DNA of 63,600 bases, the filler included, from a bacterium (lineage in GTDB: Bacteria > JALSQH01): NCBI GenBank assembly GCA_026985515.1. It is 7 parts of 7 records of this genome, joined end to end, with 100 filler letters (N's around TTAATTAATTAA, not from the genome) between each part and the next. Parts side by side here need not be neighbours in the genome. Positions count along the whole stretch, not along the records: positions 1 to 27,438 come from JALSQH010000213.1; 6 more parts are not named here. One strand, given 5' to 3'. The translations under genes were made by a program, and so were the position numbers. Below are positions 1 to 13,974 of this stretch, piece by piece; positions within the stretch are counted from its first letter, which is position 1, and each line of letters begins with the position of its first letter. Under the pieces are notes generated by a model, which did not search any database, was not told where the DNA came from, and saw nothing but the letters and a program-made list of their open reading frames with translations.

Positions 1-102
1 ATGCGTTATCGCACTCGTCAACGTAGTCTTACCATGATCTATATGCCCGATCGTTCCAACATTTACATGCGGCTTACTCCTTACAAACTTCTCCTTGCTC
101 AT
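1..102 (-). CDS. tuf: Elongation factor Tu, 5' part (runs off window edge); second tuf copy
   Basis: Reverse strand reads [27 protein letters not shown]; nucleotide-identical to the 5' end of tuf at 15002-16195; follows fusA as in the str operon. Confidence 0.97.
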   Translation of the reverse strand, partial: MSKEKFVRSKPHVNVGTIGHIDHGKTTLTSAITH

Positions 103-114
103 CGCTACCTCCTT

Positions 115-2196
115 TTATTCTCCCTTGGCCTTTTTGATTATCTTTTCAGCTACATCAGGCGGTACAGGACTGTAGTGAGAAAACTGCATCGTAAAATTAC
201 CGCGACCCTGCGTCAAACTCCTTAATCTTGTAGCATATCCAAACATCTCTGCAAGAGGAACTTCAGCAGTTATTACCTGTCCCCCTGACCTTGCTTCCAT
301 TCCAAGAATCTTCCCTCTTCTGGAATTGAGATCACCAATCACTTCACCCATATATTCATCTGGAATGACAACTTCAACTTTCATAATTGGTTCCAGTAAA
401 ATTGGTTTTGCCTTCTCAACTGCCTGCTGAAAGGCCAGGGAACCTGCAATCTTAAAAGCCATTTCTGATGAATCAACCTCGTGGTAACTTCCATCAACAA
501 GGGTGACCTTAATATCGATCATGGGATAACCGGCAAGAAAACCTTTCTCCATTGCCTCTTCAATACCCTTCTGCACCGCAGGAATAAACTCCTTGGGTAT
601 TACTCCACCGGTAATCTTATCAATAAATTTAAAACCAGAACCCTGAGGTAGAGGTTCAATTTCAATGATGGCGTGTCCATACTGACCCCTACCCCCTGTC
701 TGCTTGATATACTTACCCTCACCTTTTGCAGGTTTTGTGATCGTTTCTTTATAGGCCACCTGTGGTTTACCTACATTGGCACCAACTTTGAATTCTCTTT
801 TTAACCTGTCCACAATTATTTCCAGGTGCAACTCACCCATTCCAGAAATTATGGTCTGACCAGTTTCCTCATCAATTTTTACCCTGAAAGAAGGATCCTC
901 TGTGGCAAGTTTCTGAAGAGCTGTGCTCAGCTTCTCCTGATCCTCTCTTGTTTTTGGTTCAATTGCAATTGATATAACAGGCTCAGGAAATTCCAGAGAT
1001 TCCAGTACAATGGGATGCTCAAGGTCACAGAGGGTATCACCGGTATAGGGAGTTTTCAATCCAATTCCAGCAATAATATCACCTGCATACGCTTCTTTAA
1101 TTTCCTCCCTTTTATTGGCGTGTACCCTTACCAGCCTTCCAATCCTTTCTTTCTTTCCTTTTGTAGCATTCAGAACGGTGGAACCGGATGTGAGTGTTCC
1201 GGAATATATTCTGAAGAATGTGAGCTGTCCTATATATGGATCAGTTATGATTTTAAAAACAAGAGCTGAAAATGGCTCTTTATCATCTGCCCTTCTTATC
1301 TCTTCTTCACCCGTTTCTGGATTTATACCTTTAACAGGTGGAATATCAAGTGGTGATGGGAGAAAATCCACCACTGCATCGAGAAGAGGCTGCACACCCT
1401 TATTCTTATACGCGGAACCACACAGGGTGGGAACAGCATTTAAAGAAAGTGTAGCCTTTCTTATGGCCCTGTAGAGGTCTTCTTCGGTTATTTCTGCATC
1501 TTCAACATACTTCTCAAAAAGTTCTTCATCAGATTCTGCTGCCTCTTCAATTAATTTATGACGCCACTCCTCTGCAAGACTCTTCAGGTCTTCTGGAATC
1601 TCCTCGTAATGATATTTTGCACCGAGTGTCTCCTCCTCCCAGATTATTGCCCTCATTTTGACAAGATCAACAACCCCCACAAATTTATCCTCGGAGCCAA
1701 CTGGAATCTGCAAAACGAGAGGTCTGGTATTCAGTTTCTTCTTCATCTGTTCCACAACATCGAAGAAGTTGGCCCCTATACGATCCATCTTGTTAACAAA
1801 TGCTATTCGGGGAACGCCATAGTTATCAGCCTGCCTCCAGACTGTTTCAGATTGTGGCTCAACGCCTTCAACAGCAGAAAAAATAGCAATGGCACCATCA
1901 AGGACCCTCAGTGCTCTCTCAACTTCAATGGTAAAATCAACATGACCGGGAGTATCAATGATATTTATCATATGATCTCGCCAGAAGCATGTGGTGGTTG
2001 CCGAGGTGATTGTTATCCCCCTCTCCTTCTCCTGTTCCATGTAGTCCATCACAGCGGTACCTTCATGAACCTCACCAATTTTGTGAGATTTACCTGTATA
2101 GTAAAGAATTCTCTCCGTGGTGGTTGTTTTTCCGGCATCAATATGAGCCATAATTCCTATATTTCTGTATCGCTCAATGGGAACCTGTCTTGGCAT
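115..2196 (-). CDS. fusA: Elongation factor G
   Basis: [24 protein letters not shown] motifs; position after rpsG. Confidence 0.99.
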   Translation of the reverse strand: MPRQVPIERYRNIGIMAHIDAGKTTTTERILYYTGKSHKIGEVHEGTAVMDYMEQEKERGITITSATTTCFWRDHMINIIDTPGHVDFTIEVERALRVLDGAIAIFSAVEGVEPQSETVWRQADNYGVPRIAFVNKMDRIGANFFDVVEQMKKKLNTRPLVLQIPVGSEDKFVGVVDLVKMRAIIWEEETLGAKYHYEEIPEDLKSLAEEWRHKLIEEAAESDEELFEKYVEDAEITEEDLYRAIRKATLSLNAVPTLCGSAYKNKGVQPLLDAVVDFLPSPLDIPPVKGINPETGEEEIRRADDKEPFSALVFKIITDPYIGQLTFFRIYSGTLTSGSTVLNATKGKKERIGRLVRVHANKREEIKEAYAGDIIAGIGLKTPYTGDTLCDLEHPIVLESLEFPEPVISIAIEPKTREDQEKLSTALQKLATEDPSFRVKIDEETGQTIISGMGELHLEIIVDRLKREFKVGANVGKPQVAYKETITKPAKGEGKYIKQTGGRGQYGHAIIEIEPLPQGSGFKFIDKITGGVIPKEFIPAVQKGIEEAMEKGFLAGYPMIDIKVTLVDGSYHEVDSSEMAFKIAGSLAFQQAVEKAKPILLEPIMKVEVVIPDEYMGEVIGDLNSRRGKILGMEARSGGQVITAEVPLAEMFGYATRLRSLTQGRGNFTMQFSHYSPVPPDVAEKIIKKAKGE

Positions 2197-2211
2197 CTCT
2201 TCTATCCTCCA

Positions 2212-2694
<483 letters not shown>

Positions 2695-2698
2695 TCAA

Positions 2699-3070
2699 TT
2701 ATTTGGGTTTTTTGGTTCCATACTTGGATCTGCCCTGTTTTCTATTCTCAACACCAGCTGCATCAAGAGCACCCCTTATTATGTGATACCTGACACCTGG
2801 CAGATCCTTAACCCTTCCACCTCTCACCAGCACAACGGAGTGCTCCTGAAGATTATGACCAATTCCTGGGATATAGGCAGTTACCTCATATCCGTTGGAT
2901 AATCTCACCCTTGCGACCTTTCTAATAGCAGAATTTGGTTTTTTTGGCGTTGTTGTAAATACTCTAACACAGACACCTCGTCTCTGGGGACAACCTGTGA
3001 GAGCAGGAGATTTCGACTTTTTCTTTATCTTTTCTCTTCCTTTTCTCACCAGCTGATTAATGGTCGGCAT
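2699..3070 (-). CDS. rpsL: 30S ribosomal protein S12
   Basis: [27 protein letters not shown]. Confidence 0.99.
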   Translation of the reverse strand: MPTINQLVRKGREKIKKKSKSPALTGCPQRRGVCVRVFTTTPKKPNSAIRKVARVRLSNGYEVTAYIPGIGHNLQEHSVVLVRGGRVKDLPGVRYHIIRGALDAAGVENRKQGRSKYGTKKPK

Positions 3071-3098
3071 CTATCACCATCTCCTTTTTAAAGGTTAA

Positions 3099-3118
3099 AG
3101 CCCCCCTTATGGGAGGCT
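3099..3118 (-). promoter_or_regulatory. Stem-loop in rpsL leader (possible attenuator or terminator)
   Basis: Minus strand AGCCTCCC-ATAA-GGGGGGCT followed by TTAACCTTT, between the predicted promoter and the rpsL SD. Confidence 0.45.
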
Positions 3119-3164
3119 AATTTTTCGTTAAAGCAATATTTTGTATAGCTAAAACCGTTTCTAT

Positions 3165-3192
3165 ATTCTACAATTTAAAGGCAGTCTGTCAA
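3165..3192 (-). promoter_or_regulatory. Sigma70-type promoter for the str operon
   Basis: TTGACA (3192-3187), 16 nt, TAGAAT (3170-3165). Confidence 0.7.
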
Positions 3193-3225
3193 ATCTTTTC
3201 CTAACTGCCTGTAATTTAAAGGTTT

Positions 3226-6200
3226 TTATGCTTCTGTTCTTTCTTCCTCTGTTTCTGCTGTTTCCTTCTTTTCCTCCTCAGCAAGGACCTTCATCTTCAG
3301 CTTATGATACTTTGGAAATCCAGTTCCAGCTGGAATCAGCCTGCCCATAATTACATTCTCTTTAAGTCCATGGAGATAATCTATCTTTCCAGCAATGGAG
3401 GCATCTGTTAAAACCCTCGTTGTCTCCTGGAAGGATGCAGCAGAAATCCAGCTCTCAGTGGTAAGGGCCGCTTTGGTAATTCCAAGCAGAACAGGCTCAG
3501 CTTTTGCGGGTCTCTTACCTTCCTCTATCATTTTTCTGTTCTCTTCCTCAAAGATATATTTAGGTACATCCTCTCCGGGAAGGAAGAATGTATCCCCTGG
3601 ATCAACAACCCTCACTTTCCTGAGCATCTGTCTGACAATGATCTCAATATGTTTATCGTTGATTTTAACTCCCTGATTCCTATAAACCTCCTGAATCTGA
3701 TCAACAAGGTATCGTGCAAGTTCCTTCTCACCTTTAACCTTGAGGAGAGCATGAGGATCAGGAGCACCCTCAACAAGCTGATCACCTGCCCTTACGTAAT
3801 CTCCTTCCTGAACGATTATATGTTTCCCGCTGGGTATGAGATACCTCTTGGGTTTTCCTATTTCAGGCTGAATAATAATTTCCACTTTACCCTTCAGATC
3901 CTGACCCCTGTGGACAACGCCATCTATTTCTGAAATAATGGCGTAATTCTGAGGTCTCCTTGCTTCAAACAATTCAACAACTCTCGGGAGACCACCTGTA
4001 ATGTCTGTGGCTTTTGATGTTTCTCTTGGAATCTTTGCTATAACTGAACCAGCTGAAATTTCATCACCATCCTTGTAAACCAGAAGCGCACCAATGGGAA
4101 GGTCATATACCGCATCCTGACCTCTGTAGGTTTTCAGAATATTTCCATCCTTATCTGTGATGATAGCTCTGGGCTTGAGGTTTGGATCTTTGGGTTTAAT
4201 TATCCTTCTGGTGGACAGACCCGTTCTTTCATCGGTGGTTTCTTCCATTGTCACATTCTCCACAACATCCTCATATCTTATAATTCCGCTTACATCTGAA
4301 ACGATGGGGTTATTGTATGGATCCCACTCTGAAATCTTTGCTCCTTTTGGTACCTTGCTGTTTTCCTCATAATAGAGGATTGCACCATAAACTCCTGGAA
4401 ATCTTTCCTTTTCTCTACCAGTCTTTTCATCAACTATCTTCAGATAACCACTTCTATTTACTATTACAAGCTTTCCATCTTTGTTTCGAACAGTGGCAAT
4501 TCCCTCAAATTTAAGAATTCCACCAAATTTGCTCTCCTGAGAACTCTGTTCCATTTTTCCTGTAGCAGCGGCGCCACCCGTATGGAAGGTTCTCATGGTA
4601 AGCTGAGTACCGGGTTCACCAATAGACTGGGCAGCAATTACACCCACAGCCTCACCAAGATTTACAAGTCTTCCACGTGCCAGGTCTCTTCCGTAACAGA
4701 GGGCACACACTCCTCTCTTCGCTTTACATGTGATAACAGATCTTATCTTCACCTTTTCAATCCCGGCATTCTCAACAGCCTCTGCCAGTTCCTCTGTAAT
4801 CTCCTGATTCCTGTAAACAATTATCTCTCCTGTATCAGGATGAATTATATCTTCTGCTGCGACTCTTCCGAGAATTCTGTCTTTCAGATGCTCAACTAAT
4901 TCTCCATTTTCATAGAGAGGAGTCATTTCAATCCCATCAAGCGTACCACAATCATACTCAGTAACTATCACATCCTGAGCAACATCAACAAGCCTTCTGG
5001 TGAGATATCCTGAATTTGCAGTTTTAAGAGCTGTATCAGCAAGCCCCTTTCTTGCACCGTGAGTCGAGATGAAGTATTGAAGAACGCTCAATCCCTCTCT
5101 AAAATTAGCAAGGATAGGAGTTTCAATAATATCTCCTGATGGTTTCATCATCAGACCCCTCATTCCGGCAAGCTGCTTCATCTGATCAGAGGAACCCCTT
5201 GCACCAGAATCAGCCATTATGTAGATGGAGTTAAAACTCTCAGTTTCTACTTCGGTTCCATCAGGTCCCTTCACTTTTTCCTTACTGATCTCCTTCATCA
5301 TTTCGCTTTTAACTTCATCTGTAGTCCTCTTCCAGATATCAACAACTCTATTGTGTCGTTCACCGTCGGAGATCATCATATTTCTATGCTGTTCCTCAAT
5401 CTTCTTCACCTCTTCTTCAGCTTTTTTAATAATTTCCCATTTCCTGGAAGGAATCTTCATGTCATCCACTGCAATTGAAATTCCGGCTCTGGTAGCGAAA
5501 TCATACCCCATCTGCATCATTCTATCTGCGAATATGACGGTGGTCTTCTCACCAGCTCTCCTGTAGGAAAGATCAATGAGGTGTGCCAGATCTTTCTTTT
5601 TGAGATTTTTATTAACCTCATCAAAAGGAATTTCCTTTGGAACAACTTCATAGAAGATCACCCTGCCAGTTGTCGTCTCATAAATTTTTCCATCAATCCT
5701 TACCTTTATTTTTGCATGGAGGCTGACCTCACCATTTTCAAATGCAATCCGCACCTCTTCCGGAGATGAAAATGTCATGCCCTCACCTTTCTGGAAGGGT
5801 CTCTCCCGGGTCATGTAGTAAATTCCAAGAACAATATCCTGAGTAGGATAAATTATCGGCTCACCGCTGGCAGGTTTCAGAATGTTGTTGGTGGACATCA
5901 TAAGCACCCTTGATTCAGCCTGAGCCTCAAGGGAGAGAGGTACATGAACTGCCATCTGGTCTCCATCAAAATCTGCATTAAAGGCTGTACATACAAGGGG
6001 GTGCAATCTTATTGCCTTGTCTTCAACAAGAACAGGCTCAAAAGCCTGAATGCTCAGCCTGTGAAGAGTGGGAGCCCTGTTGAGGAGAACCGGGTGCTCC
6101 CTTACAACCTCTTCAAGAGCCTCCCAGACTTCGGGATCACCTCTTTCAACCATTTTTTTGGCTGCCTTTATTGTGGAAACTATTCCCTTTTGCTGGAGCT

Positions 6201-7347
6201 TGCTGTAGACAAAGGGCTTGAACAATTCAATGGCCATTACCTTCGGGAGACCACACTGGTGGAGTCGCAACTCTGGTCCCACAACAATAACCGACCTTCC
6301 AGAATAGTCAACCCTCTTTCCCAGAAGATTCTGTCTGAATCTTCCCCTTTTACCACTGAGCAGCTGACTGAGGGACTTAAGAGGCCTCCTGTTTGAACCC
6401 ATGATGGGTCTGCCCTTCCGCCCATTATCGAAAAGGGCATCCACCGCTTCCTGGAGCATCCTCTTCTCATTTCTGATTATGATCTCCGGAGCATTCAATT
6501 CTATCAATTTTTTCAACCTGTTATTCCTGTTGATAACTCTTCTGTAAAGATCATTCAGATCGCTGGTGGCAAATCTTCCACCTTCAAGGGGAACAAGGGG
6601 CCTCAAATCAGGTGGAATAACAGGGATAACTGTGAGAATCATCCATTCAGGTCTGTTCCCTGAATTTTTGAAAGCTTCCACTATCCGCAATCTCTTAACA
6701 ATCTTCTTCTTCTTTGCCTCGGAAGAGGTCTTATTCAGAGCATCCCTTAATTCCTGAGATAGGTTCTCAAGATCAATCTCTGCAAGGAGCTGTCTTATAG
6801 CTTCAGCTCCCATACCCACTTTAAATTTATCACCATACTTCTTTTTGTACTCCAGATACTCCTTCTCGCTAAGCACCATACCCTTTTGAAGGTCAGTTTC
6901 ACCTGGATCGAGAACTATGTAATCCTCAAAATAGAGAACCCTTTCAAGCTCCTTGGTCTTCAGATCAAGAATAGCTCCAATTTTACTTGGGATACTCTTA
7001 AGATACCAGATATGAGCCACGGGAGCAGCCAGCTCAATATGACCCATTCTCTCTCTTCTAACCTTGGAGGTGGTAACCTCCACACCACACTTCTCACATA
7101 CTATTCCCTTGTATTTGTAACGTTTATATTTTCCGCACAGACATTCGTAATCCTTTATGGGTCCGAAAATCTGAGCGCTGAAGAGTCCATCCTTTTCCGG
7201 TTTGAAGTTCCTGTAATTTATTGTTTCTGGTTTTTTTACTTCCCCGTAGGACCATTCCCTGATTTTCTCCGGGGAAGCTATTCCAATCTTTACCGCTTTA
7301 TAATCTGAAGGATTTTTGGGTTTTTCTTCAAAGTCATAGATCCTCAA
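3226..7347 (-). CDS. rpoC: DNA-directed RNA polymerase subunit beta'
   Basis: [12 protein letters not shown] catalytic motif, N-terminal Zn finger, large trigger-loop (SI3-type) insertion. Confidence 0.99.
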   Translation of the reverse strand: MRIYDFEEKPKNPSDYKAVKIGIASPEKIREWSYGEVKKPETINYRNFKPEKDGLFSAQIFGPIKDYECLCGKYKRYKYKGIVCEKCGVEVTTSKVRRERMGHIELAAPVAHIWYLKSIPSKIGAILDLKTKELERVLYFEDYIVLDPGETDLQKGMVLSEKEYLEYKKKYGDKFKVGMGAEAIRQLLAEIDLENLSQELRDALNKTSSEAKKKKIVKRLRIVEAFKNSGNRPEWMILTVIPVIPPDLRPLVPLEGGRFATSDLNDLYRRVINRNNRLKKLIELNAPEIIIRNEKRMLQEAVDALFDNGRKGRPIMGSNRRPLKSLSQLLSGKRGRFRQNLLGKRVDYSGRSVIVVGPELRLHQCGLPKVMAIELFKPFVYSKLQQKGIVSTIKAAKKMVERGDPEVWEALEEVVREHPVLLNRAPTLHRLSIQAFEPVLVEDKAIRLHPLVCTAFNADFDGDQMAVHVPLSLEAQAESRVLMMSTNNILKPASGEPIIYPTQDIVLGIYYMTRERPFQKGEGMTFSSPEEVRIAFENGEVSLHAKIKVRIDGKIYETTTGRVIFYEVVPKEIPFDEVNKNLKKKDLAHLIDLSYRRAGEKTTVIFADRMMQMGYDFATRAGISIAVDDMKIPSRKWEIIKKAEEEVKKIEEQHRNMMISDGERHNRVVDIWKRTTDEVKSEMMKEISKEKVKGPDGTEVETESFNSIYIMADSGARGSSDQMKQLAGMRGLMMKPSGDIIETPILANFREGLSVLQYFISTHGARKGLADTALKTANSGYLTRRLVDVAQDVIVTEYDCGTLDGIEMTPLYENGELVEHLKDRILGRVAAEDIIHPDTGEIIVYRNQEITEELAEAVENAGIEKVKIRSVITCKAKRGVCALCYGRDLARGRLVNLGEAVGVIAAQSIGEPGTQLTMRTFHTGGAAATGKMEQSSQESKFGGILKFEGIATVRNKDGKLVIVNRSGYLKIVDEKTGREKERFPGVYGAILYYEENSKVPKGAKISEWDPYNNPIVSDVSGIIRYEDVVENVTMEETTDERTGLSTRRIIKPKDPNLKPRAIITDKDGNILKTYRGQDAVYDLPIGALLVYKDGDEISAGSVIAKIPRETSKATDITGGLPRVVELFEARRPQNYAIISEIDGVVHRGQDLKGKVEIIIQPEIGKPKRYLIPSGKHIIVQEGDYVRAGDQLVEGAPDPHALLKVKGEKELARYLVDQIQEVYRNQGVKINDKHIEIIVRQMLRKVRVVDPGDTFFLPGEDVPKYIFEEENRKMIEEGKRPAKAEPVLLGITKAALTTESWISAASFQETTRVLTDASIAGKIDYLHGLKENVIMGRLIPAGTGFPKYHKLKMKVLAEEEKKETAETEEERTEA

Positions 7348-7369
7348 GGCTACCTCTCCTTTTTAGGTT

Positions 7370-10300
7370 TTATTCTTTTTCTTCTTCAGGTAACTCTTCA
7401 AGCAACTCCACATCCAGCGCCAGACCCCGCAACTCTCTGAAAAGAACATTGAAGGATTCAGGCACTCCAGGCTCAAGTTTGGGATCACCTTTTACTATCT
7501 GGTAGTAAATCCTGGTCCTGCCAATAACATCATCCGACTTAACGGTGAGAAACTCCTGCAGAGTATAGGCGGCTCCATAAGCCTCCAGAGCCCATACCTC
7601 CATTTCTCCCAGTCTCTGACCACCAAACTGCGCTTTTCCTCCCAGAGGTTGCTGGGTAATGAGAGAATATGGACCGATGGATCTCGCATGAACCTTGTCT
7701 TCAACAAGATGGATCAACTTCATCATATACATAACTCCGACAGTGACCGGAAAGTGAAATTTCTCTCCGGTTCTTCCATCGTAAAGTTCTGTCTGGCCAG
7801 ATTCGGGTAAACCAGCTTCTCTGAGCAGTTCTTTAATCTCTTCTTCATGAGCACCGTCAAAAACTGGTGTCGCGATATGAATGCCATCTTTCAACTTTCT
7901 GGCATACTCCAGTATTTCTTCGTCATTGTAGCTGTCAAGAATTTTAGCCTCCTCGCTGTCACCATAGATTTTCTTCAAATACTCCCTTATGAACTCTGGC
8001 GAAGTGGCTTTTTCGACCATCTCCGCCACTTTTCTGCCAAGTTCTCTGGCTGCCCACCCAAGGTGGGTTTCAAGAACCTGTCCAACATTCATTCTGGAAG
8101 GAACTCCAAGAGGATTGAGAACAATGTCAATAGGTGTACCATCAGGCAGGAAGGGCATATCCTCCACCGGGAGTATCTTTGAAATAACTCCCTTGTTACC
8201 ATGTCTACCTGCCATCTTATCCCCAACCTGAAGCTTCCTCTTGATGGCAATGTAAACCTTTATCCTTTTGATCTCTCCAGCAGACAGCTCATCACTCTTT
8301 TCAAGTCTCTCTTTTTTGGCCTTATAAAGTTTTTCGAGGTTTCTGACTTTTGAAGAGAAATTCTTAATGAACTGGGAAAGTTTCTCGTTTGCTTCTTTAT
8401 CTTTTACCCTGGCTTCTTTCAAAAACTTCAAGAGCGTTTCGCTCCTGGTATTCTGAGCCTTCTCTACGACCTCTTCCCATTCCTTTTCCGTTATTTTATG
8501 TCCCCTGGCAAATGAGATATCCTTTCCCATGCTCCACTTTGGAGAGAGTTCCTTCCCCACAATCAGTGGTTTTATTCTGGCAAAGGCTTCTCTGAAAAGA
8601 ATTCTCAATTCCTCTTCCTTCTCCCTCTCCAGTTTTTCTATTTCTGCAGCAAGAATTGCCTTTGCCCTTCTGTCCCTCTGAACCCCTTTTTTGGTGAGAA
8701 TATCCACACCAATTACAGTTCCATAAACTCCAGGGGGAACCCTCAGTGAGGAATCCTTGAAATCACCAGCCTTTGAACCAAATATGGCTTTTAAAAGTCT
8801 GTCCTCAGGATCAAGCTGACTTTCACCCTTGGGAGTTATTTTCCCAACAAGAATATCTCCCGGTTTTACCTTTGCTCCTATTCTTATTATTCCCTCTTCA
8901 TCCAGATCCTTGACAGCTTCCTCACTTAACCCGGGAATATCTCTTGTTATAACCTCTGGACCAAGTTTTGTTTCTCTTGCAGCGACCTCATACTCCTCTA
9001 TGTGTATGGAAGTGTAAACATCCTCTTTAACAAGTCTCTCACTTACAAGTATGGCATCCTCAAAGTTGTAACCTCTCCATGGGATAAAGGCAACCAGAAC
9101 ATTCCTTCCAAGAGCAAGTTCTCCATGCTCAACAGCGTGACCATCAGCGATAACTTCCCCTTTCCTTACATAATCACCTTTTTTTACAATTGGTTTCTGA
9201 TTGATAGTTGTATCCTGGTTGGATCTTTTGAACTTCTTTAAGTTGTAAATATCAAGTCCAACGTCACCCTCCTCCTCAATCTCACTCTCATCAACTTTTA
9301 TCACAATTCTCTGAGAATCAACATACTCAACGGTTCCGCTTCTTCTGGCAACGACAGATACACCAGAATCTCTGGCAACAATCTTTTCCATACCTGTTCC
9401 AACAAGGGGGGCCTCAGTTTTCATCAATGGTACAGCCTGCCTCTGCATGTTGGAACCCATCAGAGCCCTGTTGGCGTCATCATGTTCCAGGAATGGTATG
9501 AGAGAAGCAGCGACACTGACCACCTGATTTGGAGAAACATCCATCAGGGTCACCTCACTGGCCTTTGCCATTATAAATTCACCCTGATGTCTTGCGGCCA
9601 CATATTCGTTAACAAACCTTCCTTCCTCATCAACTGGTGCATTGGCCTGAGCAATAACATGGTTCTCCTCTTTTGGAGCTGTGAGGTAAACAATTTCGTC
9701 TGTTACTTTCCCATCCTTTACAACTCTGTAAGGTGTTTCAATAAATCCATATTTATTTACACGGGCATAGGTGGTAAGTGAGGAAATCAGTCCAATGTTC
9801 GGACCTTCCGGTGTCTCAATAGGACAGATTCTACCATAGTGAGTGGTATGAACGTCTCTAACCTCAAATCCTGCACGCTCCCTCGTTAATCCACCAGGAC
9901 CCAGGGCAGAAAGCCTTCTCTTGTGAGTGGTCTCTGAAAGGGGATTCACCTGATCCATAAACTGTGATAACTGGCTGCTACCGAAAAATTCGTTAAGAGC
10001 GGAAATAACAGGTTTGGAGCTTATTATATCTCTTATATTTGAGGCAATAGCATCCTCATAACTCATGGTCTTCATTTTTTCCTGAACCGCCCTCTCAATT
10101 TTAACCATCCCCACCCTGAACTGGTTTTCCACAAGCTCACCAACAGATCTCACCCTTCTGTTACCCAGGTGGTCTATATCATCTTCCTCAGCTCTTCCAT
10201 CCTTCATCTCCAGCAGATAGCGAATTGTTTCAAGAATATCCTCTCTGGTAAGAACCCTCTGGGTGACTGGAAAATCAAGTTTCAACTTTTCATTTATCCT

Positions 10301-11683
10301 TACTCTACCAACCTCGCTCAAATCATATCTCTGGGGATCGAAGAACAATTCATGGAATAACTTCCTTGCTGCATCAATATTATGGGGATCGCCAGGTCTC
10401 AGCTTCCTGTAAATTTCTATAAGGGCTTCCTCAGGGTTGGAGGCTCTATCAACCTTCAGCGTATTTCTGAGGTATGGACCCACATGATAATTGTCTATGT
10501 AAAGGACATCTATTTCCCTTATGCCTGCCTGAATCAGTTTTTCAAGGATCTCCTCAGTGAGCTCTTCATTAACCTTGAAAAGGATCTCTCCAGTTTGAGG
10601 ATCGATATGATCTCTGGCTGCAATTTTACCAATGATATCCTCTTTCGTTGCCTCCAGTCTATCAACCTTGTAAACTTCAAAAAACTCTCTTCTTGCTTCT
10701 TTCGCCTTTTTTACGTGTTCTTCAGTAATTATCTCCCCGGCCCTTATGAAAACTTTTCCATTGAGGTCAAGATAATCATCTGCAACTTTTCTTCCTATAC
10801 TTTTCTCAACCGGGACGGTTTCAACCAGATACCTCAGTGCTCTTTTGGGAACACTCTTTCCTTTCTTGAGTGTTATCACAGGTTCCCCGGTTTCAGGATC
10901 ATAAATGGTTGTTCTTGCCTTCAATCCGCTGAGAAATTTTGGATAGTAAGAAATGTAGAACTTATCAGGCCCCTCTATCCAGATCTTCTGTGGTCTGTAA
11001 AAGTAATTGAGGATCTCCTCCTCACTCATTCCGAGAGCCCTGAGGATGTATGTTGCAAAAAGCTTCTTTTTCCTGTCTATTCTTGCAAAGAGAAGGTCCC
11101 TGTGATCAAACTCAAAATCAAGCCAGGAGCCTCTATATGGAATCAATCTTGCATTGTAATTTATTCTCTGTGCAGTGGATTTCATCTTCTCCTTTACAAA
11201 AACAACACCCGGTGACCTGTGCAACTGATTGACAACAACTCTTTCAGTTCCGTTAATAATAAAACTGGCTGTATCCGTCATGAGAGGAATTTCACCAAAG
11301 TAGATCTCTTCTTCCTTTATCTCAGATATCTGACCTGTAGAGGGTTCCCTCAATATAAGCTGAAGATGTACATGAAGTGGCGCTCCATAGGTCTGTTTCT
11401 TCCTCTTGCATTCATCCACATCGTAGCGGGGTTCACCAATTTCATATTTAACGAACTTCAACTCAAAAAGACCGTTGGAAGATTTTATGGGGAAAATCTG
11501 ATTAAACACTTCCTGTAATCCCTGATTCTTTCTCTTTTCTGGAGGGACATCCTTCTGCAGGAATTCTTCATATGACCTCTTCTGAACCTCAAGTAAATAG
11601 GGTATTTCAAGTGGAGCTTTTATTCTTCCAAAATTTTTTCTGATTCTCAATCTTTCAGGTGAAGGTAATTTCATGGACCACAC
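7370..11683 (-). CDS. rpoB: DNA-directed RNA polymerase subunit beta
   Basis: [55 protein letters not shown]. Confidence 0.99.
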   Translation of the reverse strand: MWSMKLPSPERLRIRKNFGRIKAPLEIPYLLEVQKRSYEEFLQKDVPPEKRKNQGLQEVFNQIFPIKSSNGLFELKFVKYEIGEPRYDVDECKRKKQTYGAPLHVHLQLILREPSTGQISEIKEEEIYFGEIPLMTDTASFIINGTERVVVNQLHRSPGVVFVKEKMKSTAQRINYNARLIPYRGSWLDFEFDHRDLLFARIDRKKKLFATYILRALGMSEEEILNYFYRPQKIWIEGPDKFYISYYPKFLSGLKARTTIYDPETGEPVITLKKGKSVPKRALRYLVETVPVEKSIGRKVADDYLDLNGKVFIRAGEIITEEHVKKAKEARREFFEVYKVDRLEATKEDIIGKIAARDHIDPQTGEILFKVNEELTEEILEKLIQAGIREIDVLYIDNYHVGPYLRNTLKVDRASNPEEALIEIYRKLRPGDPHNIDAARKLFHELFFDPQRYDLSEVGRVRINEKLKLDFPVTQRVLTREDILETIRYLLEMKDGRAEEDDIDHLGNRRVRSVGELVENQFRVGMVKIERAVQEKMKTMSYEDAIASNIRDIISSKPVISALNEFFGSSQLSQFMDQVNPLSETTHKRRLSALGPGGLTRERAGFEVRDVHTTHYGRICPIETPEGPNIGLISSLTTYARVNKYGFIETPYRVVKDGKVTDEIVYLTAPKEENHVIAQANAPVDEEGRFVNEYVAARHQGEFIMAKASEVTLMDVSPNQVVSVAASLIPFLEHDDANRALMGSNMQRQAVPLMKTEAPLVGTGMEKIVARDSGVSVVARRSGTVEYVDSQRIVIKVDESEIEEEGDVGLDIYNLKKFKRSNQDTTINQKPIVKKGDYVRKGEVIADGHAVEHGELALGRNVLVAFIPWRGYNFEDAILVSERLVKEDVYTSIHIEEYEVAARETKLGPEVITRDIPGLSEEAVKDLDEEGIIRIGAKVKPGDILVGKITPKGESQLDPEDRLLKAIFGSKAGDFKDSSLRVPPGVYGTVIGVDILTKKGVQRDRRAKAILAAEIEKLEREKEEELRILFREAFARIKPLIVGKELSPKWSMGKDISFARGHKITEKEWEEVVEKAQNTRSETLLKFLKEARVKDKEANEKLSQFIKNFSSKVRNLEKLYKAKKERLEKSDELSAGEIKRIKVYIAIKRKLQVGDKMAGRHGNKGVISKILPVEDMPFLPDGTPIDIVLNPLGVPSRMNVGQVLETHLGWAARELGRKVAEMVEKATSPEFIREYLKKIYGDSEEAKILDSYNDEEILEYARKLKDGIHIATPVFDGAHEEEIKELLREAGLPESGQTELYDGRTGEKFHFPVTVGVMYMMKLIHLVEDKVHARSIGPYSLITQQPLGGKAQFGGQRLGEMEVWALEAYGAAYTLQEFLTVKSDDVIGRTRIYYQIVKGDPKLEPGVPESFNVLFRELRGLALDVELLEELPEEEKE

Positions 11684-11704
11684 CTCTCTCTTGTTTTAAA
11701 ATAG

Positions 11705-11749
11705 AAAAAGGGTATCCCGTTTTGAGGGAAATCCCTCTCCGGGACACCC
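11705..11749 (-). terminator. rplL-rpoB intergenic attenuator-like hairpin
   Basis: Minus strand outer stem GGGTGTCCCG/CGGGATACCC enclosing inner stem GAGGGA/TCCCTC, followed by TTTTT; same position as the E. coli rplL-rpoB attenuator. Confidence 0.65.
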
Positions 11750-11784
11750 ATATCTTCCCCGGAAAAAGCCAGTAAAATTGCGGA

Positions 11785-12174
11785 TCATTGAATTTCGACT
11801 TGACCCCCAACCTCTTCCAGTTTTTTCTTTATTTCCTCCGCTTCCTCTTTGCTTATTCCTTCTTTAACCGCTTTGGGCAGACTTTCAATAAATTCTTTGG
11901 CTTCCTTCAAACCAAGACCTGTAATATCCTTCACAGCCTTAATTGCCTTGACTCTGTTATTTGGATCAATTGCCTTGAGGATCACGTTGAACTCGGTCTT
12001 TTCCTCAGCAGCGGCTTCACCTCCTCCCGCAGCCGGTGCAGCAGCAACAGCTACAGCGGCCTGTGCAGACACCCCAAACTCTTCCTCGAGCGTTTTCACC
12101 AGATCGGCCAGCTCCATAACCGTCATGGCCTTAATAGCCTCAATGATCTGTTCCTTTGTTAATTTTTCTGCCAT
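11785..12174 (-). CDS. rplL: 50S ribosomal protein L7/L12
   Basis: LEEEFGVSA hinge, [20 protein letters not shown]. Confidence 0.99.
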   Translation of the reverse strand: MAEKLTKEQIIEAIKAMTVMELADLVKTLEEEFGVSAQAAVAVAAAPAAGGGEAAAEEKTEFNVILKAIDPNNRVKAIKAVKDITGLGLKEAKEFIESLPKAVKEGISKEEAEEIKKKLEEVGGQVEIQ

Positions 12175-12201
12175 CTTAAGACTCCTCCATTTGTTCTTTA
12201 T

Positions 12202-12729
12202 TTATGCAGCCTTTTCCTTTTCCTGCCTTATCTGATCAAGTACCACGACAAAATTCCTGAGAAGCCCGGAAGTAACATTGACAAGACCCTGTACCGGATA
12301 GTCGAAAAGATAAAGCAACTTGCCCACCAGTTCTTCCTTTCCGGGTAGTTTTGACAATTTCACAACATCATCAGCCTCCAGAACATCACCACCCGGGATA
12401 AGTCCACCCTTCACTGTGAGATGCTCAAAATCTTCACTTCCCTTGACAACTTTTTTGGCCACAGCCACAGGATCTGAATAGGCAAATACAATCGCGTTAT
12501 TTCCGGTTAAAAACTTTTCAATCCCCTGATAAGGAGTATCCTTTAAGGCTATTTTCAAAAGAGTATTTTTCACAACTTTTAATTCTCCATCAACCTCTTT
12601 TATGCTTGCCCTTACGCTCATCATATCCGCCACAGTGAGTCCTTTAAAATCAACTAGAAAAACACCTTCAGATCTCAGCAACTTTTCATGCATCTCTTTT
12701 ACAACTTCTGCTTTTTTCTCCTTTTTCAT
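12202..12729 (-). CDS. rplJ: 50S ribosomal protein L10
   Basis: DFKGLTV, VVKNTL, LSKLPGKEEL; position between rplA and rplL. Confidence 0.97.
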   Translation of the reverse strand: MKKEKKAEVVKEMHEKLLRSEGVFLVDFKGLTVADMMSVRASIKEVDGELKVVKNTLLKIALKDTPYQGIEKFLTGNNAIVFAYSDPVAVAKKVVKGSEDFEHLTVKGGLIPGGDVLEADDVVKLSKLPGKEELVGKLLYLFDYPVQGLVNVTSGLLRNFVVVLDQIRQEKEKAA

Positions 12730-12734
12730 CGACC

Positions 12735-12802
12735 CTCCTTTCCAGGAGCCTCAGGGACCAATCTCCGCAGGATATTAAGCCCTCTGGGCACCTGCTTCTC
12801 AG
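12735..12802 (-). ncRNA. L10 leader (ribosomal protein autoregulatory RNA)
   Basis: Minus strand GAAGCAGGTGCCCAGAGGGCTTAATATCCTGCGGAG matches the L10-leader pattern (GCAGG...CTTAA...CCTGC.GAG) directly upstream of rplJ; boundaries approximate. Confidence 0.8.
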
Positions 12803-13515
12803 ATTTTTTCCTTGGCAAGCTTTACAACATCCTGCAAATCAACCTTAATAGAAGGACTCATGGTAGTTGAAAGATATATGTTTTTAATGTATCTTCCCTT
12901 TGCCGCAGCAGGTTTTGCCCTCACTATTGCATCATATACAGCCAGAAAATTATCCACCAGATCATCAACTGAAAATGATTTCTTCCCAATTATGATATGA
13001 ACATTTCCATATTTGTCAACCTTAAAATTCAATTTTCCTTTCTTGCTTTCCTCCACTGCCTTTTTGATGTCAAAAGTTACCGTACCTGTCTTGGGGTTAG
13101 GCATTAATCCTCTGGGTCCAAGGATCTTACCAAGCTTTCCAACCCTGGACATCATGTCGGGAGTTGCAATGGCCACATCAAAATCAACCCACTTTTCCTT
13201 CATTATTTTCTCAATAAGATCATCATCACCCACATAATCAGCACCCGCTTCCTTCGCTTCAATAGCTTTTTCTCCTTTGGCAAAAACAAGAACTCTGGGC
13301 TCCTTCCCTGTCCCATGAGGTAATACCACCGACCCCCTCACCATCTGATCAGCCTTTGTGGGATCCACTCCAAGTAGAAAAGCAGCATCTATTGACTCGT
13401 CAAAATTTGCATATGAAATTTTTTTCAGCAATTCTATAGCCTCTCTCAATGGATAAGCCTTTTCTCTGTCAATCTGCTGAAGAGCCGCCAGATATTTTTT
13501 GCCATGTTTAGCCAT
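12799..13515 (-). CDS. rplA: 50S ribosomal protein L1
   Basis: [32 protein letters not shown]. Confidence 0.99.
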   Translation of the reverse strand: MAKHGKKYLAALQQIDREKAYPLREAIELLKKISYANFDESIDAAFLLGVDPTKADQMVRGSVVLPHGTGKEPRVLVFAKGEKAIEAKEAGADYVGDDDLIEKIMKEKWVDFDVAIATPDMMSRVGKLGKILGPRGLMPNPKTGTVTFDIKKAVEESKKGKLNFKVDKYGNVHIIIGKKSFSVDDLVDNFLAVYDAIVRAKPAAAKGRYIKNIYLSTTMSPSIKVDLQDVVKLAKEKI

Positions 13516-13527
13516 TTATCCCACTCC

Positions 13528-13953
13528 TTATTCTTTAATTTCGATCCCCATGCTTCGAGCCGTGCCCTCTACCATTCGCATTGCCGCCTCAATGGAGGTG
13601 GTATTCATATCCTGCATTTTTCTTTCAGCAATTTCCCTTATCTGTTTCTTCGTCAGGGTGGCCACTTTGTTTCTGTTTGGTTCCCCTGAGCCTTTTTCGA
13701 TTCCCGCTGCTTTCTTCAATAAAAAGGAAACCGGTGGTTGCTTCAGAACAAAGGTGAAGCTCCTGTCTTCATAGACAGTTATAACAACGGGAATAATATC
13801 TCCCCTCATTTTTTCAGTTTTGGCATTGAAAGCCTTTATAAACTCTCCAATGTTCACTCCATATTGACCCAGAGCAGGACCAACAGGAGGAGCCGGATTC
13901 GCCTGACCTGCAGGAAGCTGTAATTTAATCTGGCCTATTACTTTCTTTGCCAT
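13528..13953 (-). CDS. rplK: 50S ribosomal protein L11
   Basis: [21 protein letters not shown]. Confidence 0.99.
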   Translation of the reverse strand: MAKKVIGQIKLQLPAGQANPAPPVGPALGQYGVNIGEFIKAFNAKTEKMRGDIIPVVITVYEDRSFTFVLKQPPVSFLLKKAAGIEKGSGEPNRNKVATLTKKQIREIAERKMQDMNTTSIEAAMRMVEGTARSMGIEIKE

Positions 13954-13974
13954 TTCAGCACCTCACTTAAATTA

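Noticed and set aside
1-225. 74-aa + strand ORF, similar to the ORF at 15941-16294
   Set aside because: Antisense shadow of the duplicated tuf 5' end
3179-3210. Inverted repeat AGGCAGT/ACTGCCT around the rpsL -35 box
   Set aside because: Only 7 bp with an 18-nt loop; too weak to call a terminator or operator
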